A DNA stretch of 64,000 nucleotides, from NCBI GenBank assembly GCA_021849295.1, contig JAJZTA010000006.1, positions 18,173 to 82,172 of the forward strand, in the 5' to 3' direction. The translations under genes and the position numbers were made by a program. The stretch is from Pseudomonadota bacterium. Its GTDB lineage: Bacteria; Pseudomonadota; Alphaproteobacteria; Micavibrionales; UBA2020. Each line of letters starts with the position of its first letter. Position 1 is the first letter of the stretch. Of this stretch, positions 31,262 to 41,579 are shown one piece after another. Below the pieces are notes generated by a model. It ran no database searches. It was given only the letters and a program-made list of their open reading frames with translations, and was not told the DNA's origin.

Positions 31262-33511
31262 ATGACGACAAATATTTCCGAACAGGCGGCCGGCGGTTTT
31301 TCATATCTTGAAACCCTGAATCCGGCGCAGCGCGACGCGGTCGAGGCGCTCGACGGCCCCGTTCTGGTGCTGGCGGGTGCGGGCACCGGCAAAACCCGTG
31401 TTCTGACAACCAGACTCGGGCATTTGCTGGCGACGGGACGCGCCTATCCGTCGCAAATCCTCGCCGTCACCTTCACCAACAAGGCCGCGGCGGAGATGAA
31501 ACGCCGCGTTTCGGAGATGCCGGGTGCTTCGCACCCTGAATATATATCAGGCGCCTTCGCGCCGGGCGGGCAGCCGATGGAAGGCTGGTGGCTCGGCACC
31601 TTCCATTCCCTCGCGGCGCGGATGCTGCGGCGGCATGCGGAGATCGTCGGCCTCAAGTCCAACTTCACCATCCTCAACGAGGACGACCAGATCCGTCTTC
31701 TCAAGCAACTGATGGAAGCGGAAAACATCGACGTCAAAAAATGGCCGCCGCGGCTGCTTATCAACGTCATCCAGAAATGGAAGGACAAGGGCTTGACGCC
31801 CGATCAGGTGCCGAAGGACGAAGCGGGACACTTCGCCGACGGGCGGCTACTCGGGCTCTACCGCGCCTATCAGGAACGCCTGAAAATCTTGAACGCCTGC
31901 GACTTCGGCGATCTTTTGTTGCATGTTCTGACGATCTTCCGCGACCCCGCGCACGAAGATATTCTCGTCAAATATCAGGAGAAGTTCAAATACGTCCTCG
32001 TCGACGAATATCAGGACACCAACACGGGGCAATATCTCTGGCTGCGCCTGCTCGCGCAAAAGCACAAGAACATCTGCTGCGTCGGCGACGACGACCAGTC
32101 GATCTACGGCTGGCGCGGCGCGGACATCGGCAACATTCTCAAATTCGAAAAGGACTTTCCGGGCGCGAAGATCGTGCGCCTCGAACAAAACTACCGTTCG
32201 ACCGGACACATCCTCTCCGCCGCCAACGGCGTGATCGCCCACAACCAGAGCCGCCTCGGCAAGGAGCTGTGGAGCGCGGGCGACGCCGGCCACAAAGTCG
32301 TGGTCCGCGGCGTGTGGGACGGCATGCAGGAAGCCGCCGCGGCGGCGGAGATGATCGAGGACCTGCAGCGCAAGGGGATCAAACTCAGCGAAATGGCGGT
32401 GCTGGTCCGCGCCGCGCACCAGACGCGCGCCTTTGAAGAACGCTTTATCAAAGAGGCCATCCCGCACAAAGTTCTCGCCGGCATGCGCTTTTACGAGCGG
32501 CAGGAAATCCGCGACGCCATCGCTTATTTGCGCCTCATCGCCCAGCCGGACGACGACCTCGCCTTCGAGCGCACCATCAACGTGCCCAAGCGCGGCATCG
32601 GCCCGACGACGGTCGCCAAAATCCATACCCTCGCCCGCAGCCGCCAGACGTCGCTCTCCCATGCGCTCGGCATGATGCTGGAAACCGACGAGCTCACCGG
32701 CAAAACCAAGGAGCGGCTCAAAACCTTCATGGAAAATTTCGAGCGCTGGCGCGTGCTGTCGCGCGAGATGTCGCATGTCGAGCTGGCGCAGATCGTGCTC
32801 GACGAATCCGGCTACACCGCGATGTGGCTCGCCGACAAATCTCCGGAAGCGGCGGGACGCCTCGACAACATGAAAGAGTTCGTCAACGCGCTCAACGAGT
32901 TCGACAACCTCGACATGTTTCTCGAGCATGTTTCACTGGTCATGGACTCCGACGACAACACCAGCGACGAGCAGGTCAGCATCATGACCTATCACGCCGC
33001 CAAGGGGCTGGAATACGACGCGGTGATTTTGCCGGGCTGGGAGGAAGGGCTCTTCCCCAACCAGCGCGCGATGGACGAGAACGGCATCGCGGGGCTGGAA
33101 GAGGAACGCCGCCTCGCCTACGTCGGCCTGACGCGCGCCAAAAAACGCGCCGCCGTCTTCTTTGCCGCCAACCGCCTGATCTACGGCAGCTGGCAAAGTT
33201 CTCTGCCCTCGCGCTTTATCGACGAGCTGCCCAAAGACCATGTCGAGGTCGCCACCGAAACGGGGCTTTATCAGGCGCAACCGCGGCAACAAGACTATAT
33301 TTCCCGCGGGCGCCCTTCACGGCTCGCCGACATCTCCGGCCCCGCGCCGAAGATGGAATCCGAACTTGGCTTCGGCCCCGGAGACAAGGTCTTTCACCAG
33401 AAGTTCGGCACCGGCACCGTCGTCACCACCGACGGCAACAAGCTCGACATCAAGTTCGACAAGGCGGGACGCAAGAAGGTGATCGACAGTTTTGTCAGCA
33501 AAGCCGACTGA
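31262..33511 (+). CDS. uvrD: ATP-dependent DNA helicase UvrD/PcrA
   Basis: AGAGTGKT, TFTNKAA, VDEYQDTN, VGDDDQSIY, LEQNYRST, HAAKGLE, EEERRLAYVGLTRA. Confidence 0.95.
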   Translation: MTTNISEQAAGGFSYLETLNPAQRDAVEALDGPVLVLAGAGTGKTRVLTTRLGHLLATGRAYPSQILAVTFTNKAAAEMKRRVSEMPGASHPEYISGAFAPGGQPMEGWWLGTFHSLAARMLRRHAEIVGLKSNFTILNEDDQIRLLKQLMEAENIDVKKWPPRLLINVIQKWKDKGLTPDQVPKDEAGHFADGRLLGLYRAYQERLKILNACDFGDLLLHVLTIFRDPAHEDILVKYQEKFKYVLVDEYQDTNTGQYLWLRLLAQKHKNICCVGDDDQSIYGWRGADIGNILKFEKDFPGAKIVRLEQNYRSTGHILSAANGVIAHNQSRLGKELWSAGDAGHKVVVRGVWDGMQEAAAAAEMIEDLQRKGIKLSEMAVLVRAAHQTRAFEERFIKEAIPHKVLAGMRFYERQEIRDAIAYLRLIAQPDDDLAFERTINVPKRGIGPTTVAKIHTLARSRQTSLSHALGMMLETDELTGKTKERLKTFMENFERWRVLSREMSHVELAQIVLDESGYTAMWLADKSPEAAGRLDNMKEFVNALNEFDNLDMFLEHVSLVMDSDDNTSDEQVSIMTYHAAKGLEYDAVILPGWEEGLFPNQRAMDENGIAGLEEERRLAYVGLTRAKKRAAVFFAANRLIYGSWQSSLPSRFIDELPKDHVEVATETGLYQAQPRQQDYISRGRPSRLADISGPAPKMESELGFGPGDKVFHQKFGTGTVVTTDGNKLDIKFDKAGRKKVIDSFVSKAD

Positions 33512-33539
33512 CAGTTTCGTGACGCGCACGGACTGAAAA

Positions 33540-33962
33540 TCAGGCGTATTGCTTTTCCTTCTTTTTTACCCCGTCCTGACTGAACCATTCCTTGCCGGGC
33601 GACGTATAGAGAAGCGCGAGCGCCGCGCCCTGCAACATCATATTGACAACGGAAACGGCCGCGGACGTGTCGGAAGATTGCAGAAGGTGCGGCAACGAGA
33701 GCAAAAACGCCAGCAGCTCGTTGAAATAGAAAATCAGATAGAGCATCCGCGCCCAACTGGTGCTGGAGGCGATCTTCGACAGAACGAAGAAGTAGACGGC
33801 AAAGGCGCCGAAGATCACGGTCAGACCGATGATGACGTCCTCGTGGTGCGACGCGGTGTGCGCGGACTGCGAAGCGGGATAGAGGAAAAGATTGGCGATG
33901 CTGAGGACAAGGGAAGCCCAGATCATGTAAATCGCCGCACTAATGGTGCCTGGCAGCCTCAT
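33540..33962 (-). CDS. Hypothetical 4-TM membrane protein
   Basis: Four hydrophobic segments, WAR and EWF motifs, GGAG RBS. Confidence 0.7.
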   Translation of the reverse strand: MRLPGTISAAIYMIWASLVLSIANLFLYPASQSAHTASHHEDVIIGLTVIFGAFAVYFFVLSKIASSTSWARMLYLIFYFNELLAFLLSLPHLLQSSDTSAAVSVVNMMLQGAALALLYTSPGKEWFSQDGVKKKEKQYA

Positions 33963-34154
33963 GATAAACTCCGTGTTCTTGCGTCTTTATACAAACATTA
34001 ATATGTAAATTTTAACATCATAAGCTTAAAAAACGCTTATCCCGCACCTTTGTTGTATTAAAAATACTTATATATCAATATCTTATAAAAACACCTGCAC
34101 AGGGCGCAAAAAAATGTGTATTTTGAGGTCGTTTTCAAAACGCTTAGAGGAATC

Positions 34155-35465
34155 ATGACAAAACGGCTCCTGCCCCTTATCGCCGGAATACTCCTGCTTC
34201 TCAATTGCGCGCCGGCGCATGCGAAGACGGTCGACGACATCGCCGCCGTGGTGAACAACAGCATCATCACGATGACCGACGTGCGCGACCGCACCAATCT
34301 TTACCTCTCCGGCCAGCATGTGCCGCCCGCAGAGCGGCGCAACATGGAACAGAAAGTCCTCAGCAAGCTGATCGACGAAAAGCTGGAGCTGCAGGAAGCG
34401 CAGAAGCTCGGCATCAGCGTCGACGAGAAGCAGGTGAACGCCGGCTTCGCCTTCATCGCCCAGCAGAACCATCTTTCCCCCGGCGCGTTCAGGAACAACC
34501 TGCAATCGTCCGGCGTGAACATCAATACGCTCTACGCCCAGATCAAGGCGGAGATCGCGTGGGACCAGGTGATCCAGCGCAGGATCAAGCCGCAGATCAA
34601 CATCAGCGAGAGCGACATCGACCTGACGATGAAGCAGATCACGCTCCACAAGACCAAACGGGAATTCCACATCGCCGAGATCATGCTCAAGGTACCGAAC
34701 GCCGCGGCGAAGGAGCAAGTCCGCAGCAAGGCAGAAGACCTGGTGCAAAAGATAAGGCAGGGCGCGAACTTCGAGGCAGTGGCGCAGAAATATTCCGACG
34801 GCGCGGCGGCCCAGAGCGGCGGCGATCTCGGCTGGGTAGAGGAAGGACAGCTTACCCGCCGTCTCGATCTGGCGCTGCGGGCGCTGAGCGACGGGCAGAT
34901 CTCCAATCCCATTTACGCCAACGGCGGCTATCACATTCTCTTCCTGCTGGACACACGCGGCGTCGTCGGCGGGAACTTAGACGCGTCCAGCCCCGTCGTG
35001 GACCTGAAGCAGATCGTCATCCCCGTCAAGAAGGACGACACGCAGGAGGTCGTTCAGGCCAAGCTGGAGCGCGGCCTCGGGCTCGGCCACACGGTCAAGG
35101 GCTGCGCCGCCATGGACGCGCAGATGAAAAACTTTCCCTACAAAGGCACGGGCGACCTCGGCAGCGGCCCGCAGGACTCCCTGCCGGAACCGGTGCGCGA
35201 CATCGTCGCGCAGCTGCGCATCGGCAAGCTCTCGAAGCCGATCCGCACGCCCGACGGCTGGGCGATGCTCATGGTCTGTTCGCGCCACAAACAAGCCGCC
35301 ACGGCGGAGAGCGGGCCCGACGGCATTCCCGGCAATCTTTCCCTCGACGACAAGAGGGAGCGTCAGGACATCGCGGACAAGCTCGGCATGCAGCGCCTCA
35401 ACCAGATGGCCGCGCACTACCTGAGCGATCTGCGCGCCGCGGCCTTCATCCAGAAGAAAATCTGA
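34155..35465 (+). CDS. surA: Periplasmic chaperone/PPIase SurA
   Basis: IAAVVNNSIIT, FEAVAQKYS, GGDLGW, parvulin domains; upstream of rsmA. Confidence 0.88.
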   Translation: MTKRLLPLIAGILLLLNCAPAHAKTVDDIAAVVNNSIITMTDVRDRTNLYLSGQHVPPAERRNMEQKVLSKLIDEKLELQEAQKLGISVDEKQVNAGFAFIAQQNHLSPGAFRNNLQSSGVNINTLYAQIKAEIAWDQVIQRRIKPQINISESDIDLTMKQITLHKTKREFHIAEIMLKVPNAAAKEQVRSKAEDLVQKIRQGANFEAVAQKYSDGAAAQSGGDLGWVEEGQLTRRLDLALRALSDGQISNPIYANGGYHILFLLDTRGVVGGNLDASSPVVDLKQIVIPVKKDDTQEVVQAKLERGLGLGHTVKGCAAMDAQMKNFPYKGTGDLGSGPQDSLPEPVRDIVAQLRIGKLSKPIRTPDGWAMLMVCSRHKQAATAESGPDGIPGNLSLDDKRERQDIADKLGMQRLNQMAAHYLSDLRAAAFIQKKI

Positions 35466-35466
35466 T

Positions 35467-36294
35467 TTGTCCCCGCTGCCCCCTTTACGCGAGGTCATCG
35501 CGCAGCACGGGCTGATGGCCAAAAAGTCCCTCGGACAGAACTTTCTGCTCGACCTCAACCTCACCGCCAAAATCGCCGCCGCCGCGGGCGACCTTGAAGG
35601 CAAAAACGTCATCGAAATCGGCCCCGGCCCCGGAGGCCTCACCCGCGCGCTGCTCGACACGGAGGCCGCCACCATCCACGCCGTCGAGCGTGACGACCGC
35701 TGCGTGGCCGCGCTGCAGGACGTCGTCGCGGTCGCGGCGGGGCGGCTGGTGCTGCACGCCGACGACGCGCTCAAGACCGACATGGCGTCGCTCTGCCCCG
35801 CGCCGCGCGTCATCGTCGCCAATCTGCCCTACAACATCGCGACGCCGCTGCTGGTCGGCTGGCTGGGAGAGATCGACGCGTTCGACAGTCTCACTTTAAT
35901 GTTCCAGCGCGAGGTCGCGGCGCGCATCGCCGCCAAACCGCGCACCAAGGATTACGGACGGCTCTCGATCATCGCCCAATGGCTGACGGAGGTGGAGATC
36001 AGGTTCGACATTCCGCCCTCCGCCTTCACGCCGCCGCCGAAGGTCACCTCGACCGTCGTGCGCTTCACGCCCAGAAAACGCACCGACGACCTGCCGATCG
36101 CCCTCATGGAGCGCGTCACCGCCGCCGCCTTCGGCCAGCGGCGCAAGATGCTGCGGCAAAGCCTGAAGCAGCTCGGCTGCGACGTCGAAAAGCTTTTGAC
36201 CGCCGCCGCCATTCCACCCACCGCGCGCGCGGAGGAAATCGACATCGCGGGCTTCGTCCGCCTCGCGCAAACCTTGAGGGAGCAACAGACATGA
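35467..36294 (+). CDS. rsmA: 16S rRNA dimethyladenosine transferase
   Basis: KKSLGQNFL, EIGPGPGGLT, ANLPYNI, MFQREVA, FGQRRKMLR; TTG start. Confidence 0.96.
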   Translation: MSPLPPLREVIAQHGLMAKKSLGQNFLLDLNLTAKIAAAAGDLEGKNVIEIGPGPGGLTRALLDTEAATIHAVERDDRCVAALQDVVAVAAGRLVLHADDALKTDMASLCPAPRVIVANLPYNIATPLLVGWLGEIDAFDSLTLMFQREVAARIAAKPRTKDYGRLSIIAQWLTEVEIRFDIPPSAFTPPPKVTSTVVRFTPRKRTDDLPIALMERVTAAAFGQRRKMLRQSLKQLGCDVEKLLTAAAIPPTARAEEIDIAGFVRLAQTLREQQT

Positions 36295-36881
36295 CCGACA
36301 AGCTCGAAACCATAGATATGCTGGAAACCATCGCCCTCACCCCGACCGAAAACCTGCCGGAGAGCTTCGAGGCGCTCGAAGACAGGGACTTCATGCGCAT
36401 TGCCGCGCATCTGGCGCGCAAGTCCTACAACGAGGGCGGCTGCCCGATCGGCGCGGTGATCGCCGACGCCGCGACGGGACGGATCATCGGCAAGGGCCAC
36501 AACACGCTGGTGCAGGAGAACGACGCGACCACCCACGGTGAAACCGCCGCCATCCGCGACGCGGGCCGCGTGGCGAAGCTGCGGGGCAAGGGCCCCGTCG
36601 ATTTTCGCGGCGCCGCGCTTTACACGACGCTCACCCCCTGCCTCGTCTGCTGCGCGCAGATCATCCACCGCTGCCAGTTCCAGAGGGTCGTCATCGGCGA
36701 CGCGACCAACGCGCCCTCGACCCAGAAGATCCTGCGCGGCGGCGGCATCAAACACGTCGACATCCTCGAAGACGCGGAAGCCGTCGCCCTTTACAAAACA
36801 TTCATGGAAGAAAAGCCCGAGCTGCACTACCTCGACTGGGGCGGGCATAAAAAACGCGAGGAAATGCTGGGCGGAAAATAA
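36291..36881 (+). CDS. Zn-dependent deaminase, fungal Fcy1-like cytosine deaminase type
   Basis: EGGCPIGAV, GHN, HGE, YTTLTPCLVC; ATGA overlap with rsmA. Confidence 0.8.
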   Translation: MTDKLETIDMLETIALTPTENLPESFEALEDRDFMRIAAHLARKSYNEGGCPIGAVIADAATGRIIGKGHNTLVQENDATTHGETAAIRDAGRVAKLRGKGPVDFRGAALYTTLTPCLVCCAQIIHRCQFQRVVIGDATNAPSTQKILRGGGIKHVDILEDAEAVALYKTFMEEKPELHYLDWGGHKKREEMLGGK

Positions 36882-36887
36882 AAAGGC

Positions 36888-37556
36888 TTAAGGCTTCAGG
36901 GTTTCGACGAACGCGTCAAGGTCCGTCAGCCGCGTGCGTTTGGCGCGCTCGGCGCGCAGGATGTTGTGCACCAGCCGCACGCTTTCATCGAGGTCGTTGT
37001 TGACGATCACGTACTGGAATTCCCTGTAATGCGAGATTTCCTCCTGCGCCATGCCGAGGCGGCGGGCGATCTCCTCCTCGCTGTCCTGCGCGCGGCTGTA
37101 AAGGCGCGAGGCCAGAACTTCCCAGCTGGGCGGGAGAATGTAAACCGACACGACGTCGTTGGGCGCCACTTCGTGCAGTTTGCGGTTGCCCTGCCAGTCG
37201 ATGTCGAACAGAACGTCGCGCCCTTCCGACAGGGCCTTTTCCACCGGCGCCTTGGGCGTGCCGTAGTAATTATTGTTGTAGACCAGCGCGTGCTCGAGCA
37301 TCTCGCCCGCGTCGACCATCTGCTGGAATTTTTCGGGGCTGACGAAATAATAATGCGTGCCTTCGAACTCGCCCGGACGCTTGGCGCGCGTCGTCGCCGA
37401 CACCGAGACGGTCGTCTGCGCATCGGTCTGCATCAGCTCGCGGGTGATGGTGGTTTTTCCACCGCCGGGCGGGGATGACAAAACCAGCATGACGCCACGC
37501 CGCTTTAAGGCCGCCTGAGACTGGGGGGATTGCGCCGCGCTTGATGCTTCCGTCAT
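36888..37556 (-). CDS. gmk: Guanylate kinase
   Basis: SSPPGGGKTT, SATTRAKRPGE, YYGTP, FDIDWQG. Confidence 0.96.
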   Translation of the reverse strand: MTEASSAAQSPQSQAALKRRGVMLVLSSPPGGGKTTITRELMQTDAQTTVSVSATTRAKRPGEFEGTHYYFVSPEKFQQMVDAGEMLEHALVYNNNYYGTPKAPVEKALSEGRDVLFDIDWQGNRKLHEVAPNDVVSVYILPPSWEVLASRLYSRAQDSEEEIARRLGMAQEEISHYREFQYVIVNNDLDESVRLVHNILRAERAKRTRLTDLDAFVETLKP

Positions 37557-37633
37557 TTTTCTATAACTTCTTGGGTACCGATTTATATTTATAACGCGCC
37601 GCACCTGATAAAACAACAACCAAGCATGAAACT

Positions 37634-38404
37634 ATGACAAAAAGCCGGGTCATTCTCATCACGGGCGCCACCAGCGGCATCGGCCACGCGCTCGCCGCGC
37701 TTTACGCCGCGCCCGATATGACGTTGCTGCTCACCGGTCGCAACGCCGAACGGCTCGCCGCCATCGAAAAACTGTGCAAGGACAAAGGCGCGGCTGTCGC
37801 AACGACCGCCCTCTCCGTCACCGACCGCGCCGCGTTCGAAAAACAGATTCTCGACTGGGACGACACATATAAAATCGACGTCGCCGTCGCCAACGCGGGC
37901 GTGTCCGGCGGCACCTCGATGGACGCAGGACAAACCGAGGCGCAATTGCGCGAGATTTTCGACATCAACCTCATGGGCACCTTCAACACCGTCAATCCGC
38001 TGATTCCGCGCTTTCAGGCGCGCAAGGCGGGGCATATCGTCCTGATGAGCTCGATGGCGGGCTTTCGCGGCATGCCCAACGCGCCCGCCTATTCGACCAG
38101 CAAGGTCGCCGTCCGCGCCTACGGCGACGCCCTTCGCCCGCTGCTCAAAAAAGACGGCGTCGCCGTCTCGACCATCTTCCCCGGTTTCATCAAAACGCCG
38201 ATGACCGACGTGAATACTTTCAAAATGCCGTTTCTGATGGATGTGGACACGGCGGCGGAGATCATCAAACGCGGCATCGATTCCAAAAAGGCGGCGATCG
38301 CCTTTCCGTGGCAGATGCACATTATTTGCTGGCTTCTGGGCGTGCTGCCGCGCCCGCTTGGCGACTGGATTTTGAGTTTTGCGCCGCAAAAGCCATCGCG
38401 GTAA
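37634..38404 (+). CDS. Short-chain dehydrogenase/reductase
   Basis: TGATSGIG, ANAG, YSTSK, PGFIKTPMT. Confidence 0.92.
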   Translation: MTKSRVILITGATSGIGHALAALYAAPDMTLLLTGRNAERLAAIEKLCKDKGAAVATTALSVTDRAAFEKQILDWDDTYKIDVAVANAGVSGGTSMDAGQTEAQLREIFDINLMGTFNTVNPLIPRFQARKAGHIVLMSSMAGFRGMPNAPAYSTSKVAVRAYGDALRPLLKKDGVAVSTIFPGFIKTPMTDVNTFKMPFLMDVDTAAEIIKRGIDSKKAAIAFPWQMHIICWLLGVLPRPLGDWILSFAPQKPSR

Positions 38405-38415
38405 CATACGAATAT

Positions 38416-39106
38416 TTATTTTTTCAAAGACTTTTTCTGCGGCTTTTTCTTCTTCGGTTTCGGCCCCGGCTTCTGCCGCGCGAGCGGGCGCTTGAGGCGT
38501 CGCTCGAGTTTTGCGATGAAATCGGGAGAGCCAAGCGGCCTGCCCGTGCGCTCGCCCGCACGGATGGCGTCGCGTTCTTTCTCGTGCAATCCGCCAGCAA
38601 GGAATCCCTTCCAGTCGCTCACCATTTCGCCGATGCCGTTCACGTCCACCAGCGGGTCGTCGGCAAGGCCGAGATGCGCGCGGGCGCTCGACCATTTCCA
38701 GTCCCGCGCGCGGCGGGCCAGCTTTGCGCGCACGGGGTTGAGTTCGACATAGCGGGCGCAGGCGAGCAAATACTCCTCATCCATCGGGAAAGACGCGAAA
38801 CGCCCCTGCCACAAAAACCCGCGCCAGCCTTCGCGGAAATTGATATGCCGCGTATACTGGCGATGCGTGACCGACAAGGCCGCGCTCAACCCCGCCTTCG
38901 TTCGCGGCACAAGCACAAGATGCACATGGTTCGGCATCAGGCAATAGGCCCATATGCGAACATCCGCCGCGCGACAGCTCTCCAAAAGCATGGCGCGGTA
39001 AGTCTCGTAATCCTCCGCACAGAAAAAAAATCTTCTGCCGCCGGTTGCCCCGTTGCGTCACATGATGCGGCATGCCAGCCGCCACTACTTTTGCCAATCG
39101 CGCCAT
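38416..39106 (-). pseudogene. REP-associated tyrosine transposase (Y1/HUH), frameshifted in a T8 run
   Basis: MARLAK..PHHVTQRGNRRQKIFF in one frame; YCLMPNHVHL, LWQGRF, YVELNPVRA, WSSA in another; removing one base of A8 (39023-39030) joins them. Confidence 0.85.
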
Positions 39107-39124
39107 GTGGAGATGATAGGCTAT

Positions 39125-39356
39125 GAATGACAGTCAGTCAGTTAGGTACGTGTCCCCGGAACTCCGGAACTCGGGTCGGAACTCGGGCGACAGAACAAGG
39201 GATCGAGTGGCATTACATCCAGCCCGGCAAGCCGCAGCAGAACGGCTTCACCGAAAGCCTCAACGGCAAGATCAGGGACGAGTTCCTCAACATGCACTGG
39301 AAGAATTCTGGGGACATAATTCTGGGGACATGTACCTAATTGACTGACCGTCATTC
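39125..39356. mobile_element. Inverted-repeat cassette enclosing an IS3-family transposase fragment
   Basis: 39-bp IRs at 39125-39163 and 39318-39356 (34/39); interior 39187-39300 encodes [31 protein letters not shown]. Confidence 0.8.
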
Positions 39357-39388
39357 CTGACCCCGCCCATCTGCCTATGGCTCGAATA

Positions 39389-39413
39389 GATGCCGGAACA
39401 AGTCCGGCATGGC
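39389..39413 (-). repeat. Single REP copy
   Basis: Reverse complement GCCATGCCGGACTTGTTCCGGCATC is identical (25/25) to 24537-24561. Confidence 0.85.
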
Positions 39414-39618
39414 CATTTTGTGATTTTTCCAGTCATTTAACGAAACTCCAACTTCGGGAGCGCGAACATTAAATCATATTTATGTAAAATATTAACGCGT
39501 TTGCGTTGACTCTCCGCTTTAATTTCCCTTATTATCCCCCCAGCGATGGACAGGCGCGGGTGCCGCTTTGAGGCAGCCTGTCTTTCGTATTTATATCTGA
39601 AAGAGAGAAATCATCAAC

Positions 39619-41454
39619 ATGTCTAAATCTGCACCGGCAGCGCGCGTCGCTGCCAAAGCCGCTGACGACAGCATCAGCATCAAGGAAATCACCGGCGAGG
39701 ATATCAGCTTCGAAAGCCTCCTCGACGAAAGCTTCAAGGGCGTCAAGTCCTTCGAAGGCTCGGTCGTGGAAGGCACCGTCGTCGGCGTCGACGACGAATT
39801 CGTCACTCTCGACGTCGGCCTGAAATCCGAAGGGCGCATTCCGCTCCGCGAATTCGGCATCGCCGGCCAGCCCGCCGAAATCAAGATCGGCGACAAGGTC
39901 GAAGTGTTCATCGAACGCATGGAAAACAAGGACGGCGAAGCCGGCCTCTCCCGCGAAAAAGCCCGCCGCGAGGAATCATGGATCGTGCTTGAAAGACAGC
40001 ACAAGGCCAATGAGCGCGTTTCCGGCACGATCTTCGGTCGCGTCAAGGGCGGCTTTACCGTCGACCTCGGCGGCGCCGTGGCGTTCCTTCCGGGGAGCCA
40101 GGTCGATATCCGCCCCGTGCGCGACGTCGGGCCGCTGATGGGTCAGCCGCAACCGTTCCTCATCCTGAAAATGGATCGCGCGCGCGGCAATATCGTCGTT
40201 TCGCGCCGCGCCGTGCTGGAGGAAAGCCGCGCCGAAGCCCGCTCCGAGCTCGTCTCCAACCTCAAGGAAGGCCAGGAACTGCAAGGCGTGGTCAAGAACA
40301 TCACCGACTACGGCGCGTTCATCGACCTCGGCGGCGTGGACGGCCTCCTGCACGTGACCGACATCTCGTGGAAGCGCATCAACCACCCCTCGGAAGTCCT
40401 GACCGTCGGCCAGACGCTGAACGTCAAGATCATCCGCTTCAACGAGGAAAGCCAGCGCATCTCCCTCGGCATCAAGCAGCTTGACGCTGATCCGTGGGAA
40501 GGCGTCGCCAGCCGCTTCACCTCGGGCGAAAAGTACAAGGGCCGCGTGACGAACATCGCCGACTACGGCGCGTTCATCGAGCTGGAAGACGGCATCGAAG
40601 GCCTGATCCACGTCTCGGAAATGTCCTGGACCAAGAAAAACATCCACCCCGGAAAGATCCTCGCGACCAGCCAGGAAGTGGAAGTCATGGTGCTCGACGT
40701 CGACATGAACAAGCGCCGCATTTCGCTGGGCTTGAAGCAGTGCGGCGAGAACCCGTGGGTCCAGTTCGCCAAAAACCACAAGGTCGGCGACACGCTGGAA
40801 GGCGAAATCCGCAACATCACGGAATTCGGCCTGTTCGTCGGCATCGGCGACCAGATCGACGGCATGGTCCACATGTCCGACCTCTCGTGGACGGAATCCG
40901 GCGAGGAAGTCATCAAGAAGTATGCCAAGGGCCAAACCATCACCGTCAAGGTTCTTGAAATCGACGGCGAGAAGGAACGCGTCTCCCTCGGCGTCAAGCA
41001 GCTCGGCGAAAACCCGGGCGGCGGCGCGGTTGAAAGCAGCTCCGCTTCCGGCATCGCCAAGGGCTCGGTCGTCACCTGCACCGTCTCCGCTGTCACCAGC
41101 GGCGGCATCGAGGTGACCGTCGGCGAAGACAGCCGCGGCTTCATCAAGAAGGGCGATCTCTCGCGCGAACGCTCCGAGCAGCGCCCCGACCGCTTCGCCG
41201 TCGGCGAAAAGGTCGATGCGAAAGTCATCAAGGTTGACCGCTCCGGCAAGCTTGACCTTTCCATCAAGGCCCGCGAGATCGACGAGGACAAGGCCGCGAT
41301 GGCCGAGTACGGCTCAAGCGACTCGGGCGCCTCTCTCGGCGACATTCTCGGCGCGGCTCTGCGCAGCAAAACGGTCAAGGCCGAAGAAGCTGGCGAAGCC
41401 CCCAAGAAAGCCAAGAAGTCCAAAAAGGACGAAGAAGAAGGCGGCGCGGAATAA
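39619..41454 (+). CDS. rpsA: 30S ribosomal protein S1
   Basis: DVGLKSEG, AFLPGSQVD, repeated S1 domains (YGAFIDLGGVDGLLHV). Confidence 0.98.
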   Translation: MSKSAPAARVAAKAADDSISIKEITGEDISFESLLDESFKGVKSFEGSVVEGTVVGVDDEFVTLDVGLKSEGRIPLREFGIAGQPAEIKIGDKVEVFIERMENKDGEAGLSREKARREESWIVLERQHKANERVSGTIFGRVKGGFTVDLGGAVAFLPGSQVDIRPVRDVGPLMGQPQPFLILKMDRARGNIVVSRRAVLEESRAEARSELVSNLKEGQELQGVVKNITDYGAFIDLGGVDGLLHVTDISWKRINHPSEVLTVGQTLNVKIIRFNEESQRISLGIKQLDADPWEGVASRFTSGEKYKGRVTNIADYGAFIELEDGIEGLIHVSEMSWTKKNIHPGKILATSQEVEVMVLDVDMNKRRISLGLKQCGENPWVQFAKNHKVGDTLEGEIRNITEFGLFVGIGDQIDGMVHMSDLSWTESGEEVIKKYAKGQTITVKVLEIDGEKERVSLGVKQLGENPGGGAVESSSASGIAKGSVVTCTVSAVTSGGIEVTVGEDSRGFIKKGDLSRERSEQRPDRFAVGEKVDAKVIKVDRSGKLDLSIKAREIDEDKAAMAEYGSSDSGASLGDILGAALRSKTVKAEEAGEAPKKAKKSKKDEEEGGAE

Positions 41455-41478
41455 TCCGGCTTCTCTTCGCCTCAAGAT

Positions 41479-41517
41479 AAAACGGCCCCCGCCTTCACCG
41501 GCGGGGGCCGTTTTTTT
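41479..41517 (+). terminator. Intrinsic terminator
   Basis: AAAACGGCCCCCGCC-loop-GGCGGGGGCCGTTTTTTT. Confidence 0.9.
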
Positions 41518-41579
41518 GCCCGTCTTGACCCTGCCCCCCCGCATGGACTTTAATAAAAGACGGGAAAGGAGCGCATATC

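Noticed and set aside
39157..39331. Possible CRISPR mini-array
   Set aside because: Repeats are short or inverted, spacing is irregular and there are no cas genes
39123..39354. ORFs beginning [10 protein letters not shown] on both strands
   Set aside because: Consequence of the inverted repeats; only the IS3-derived interior is protein-like
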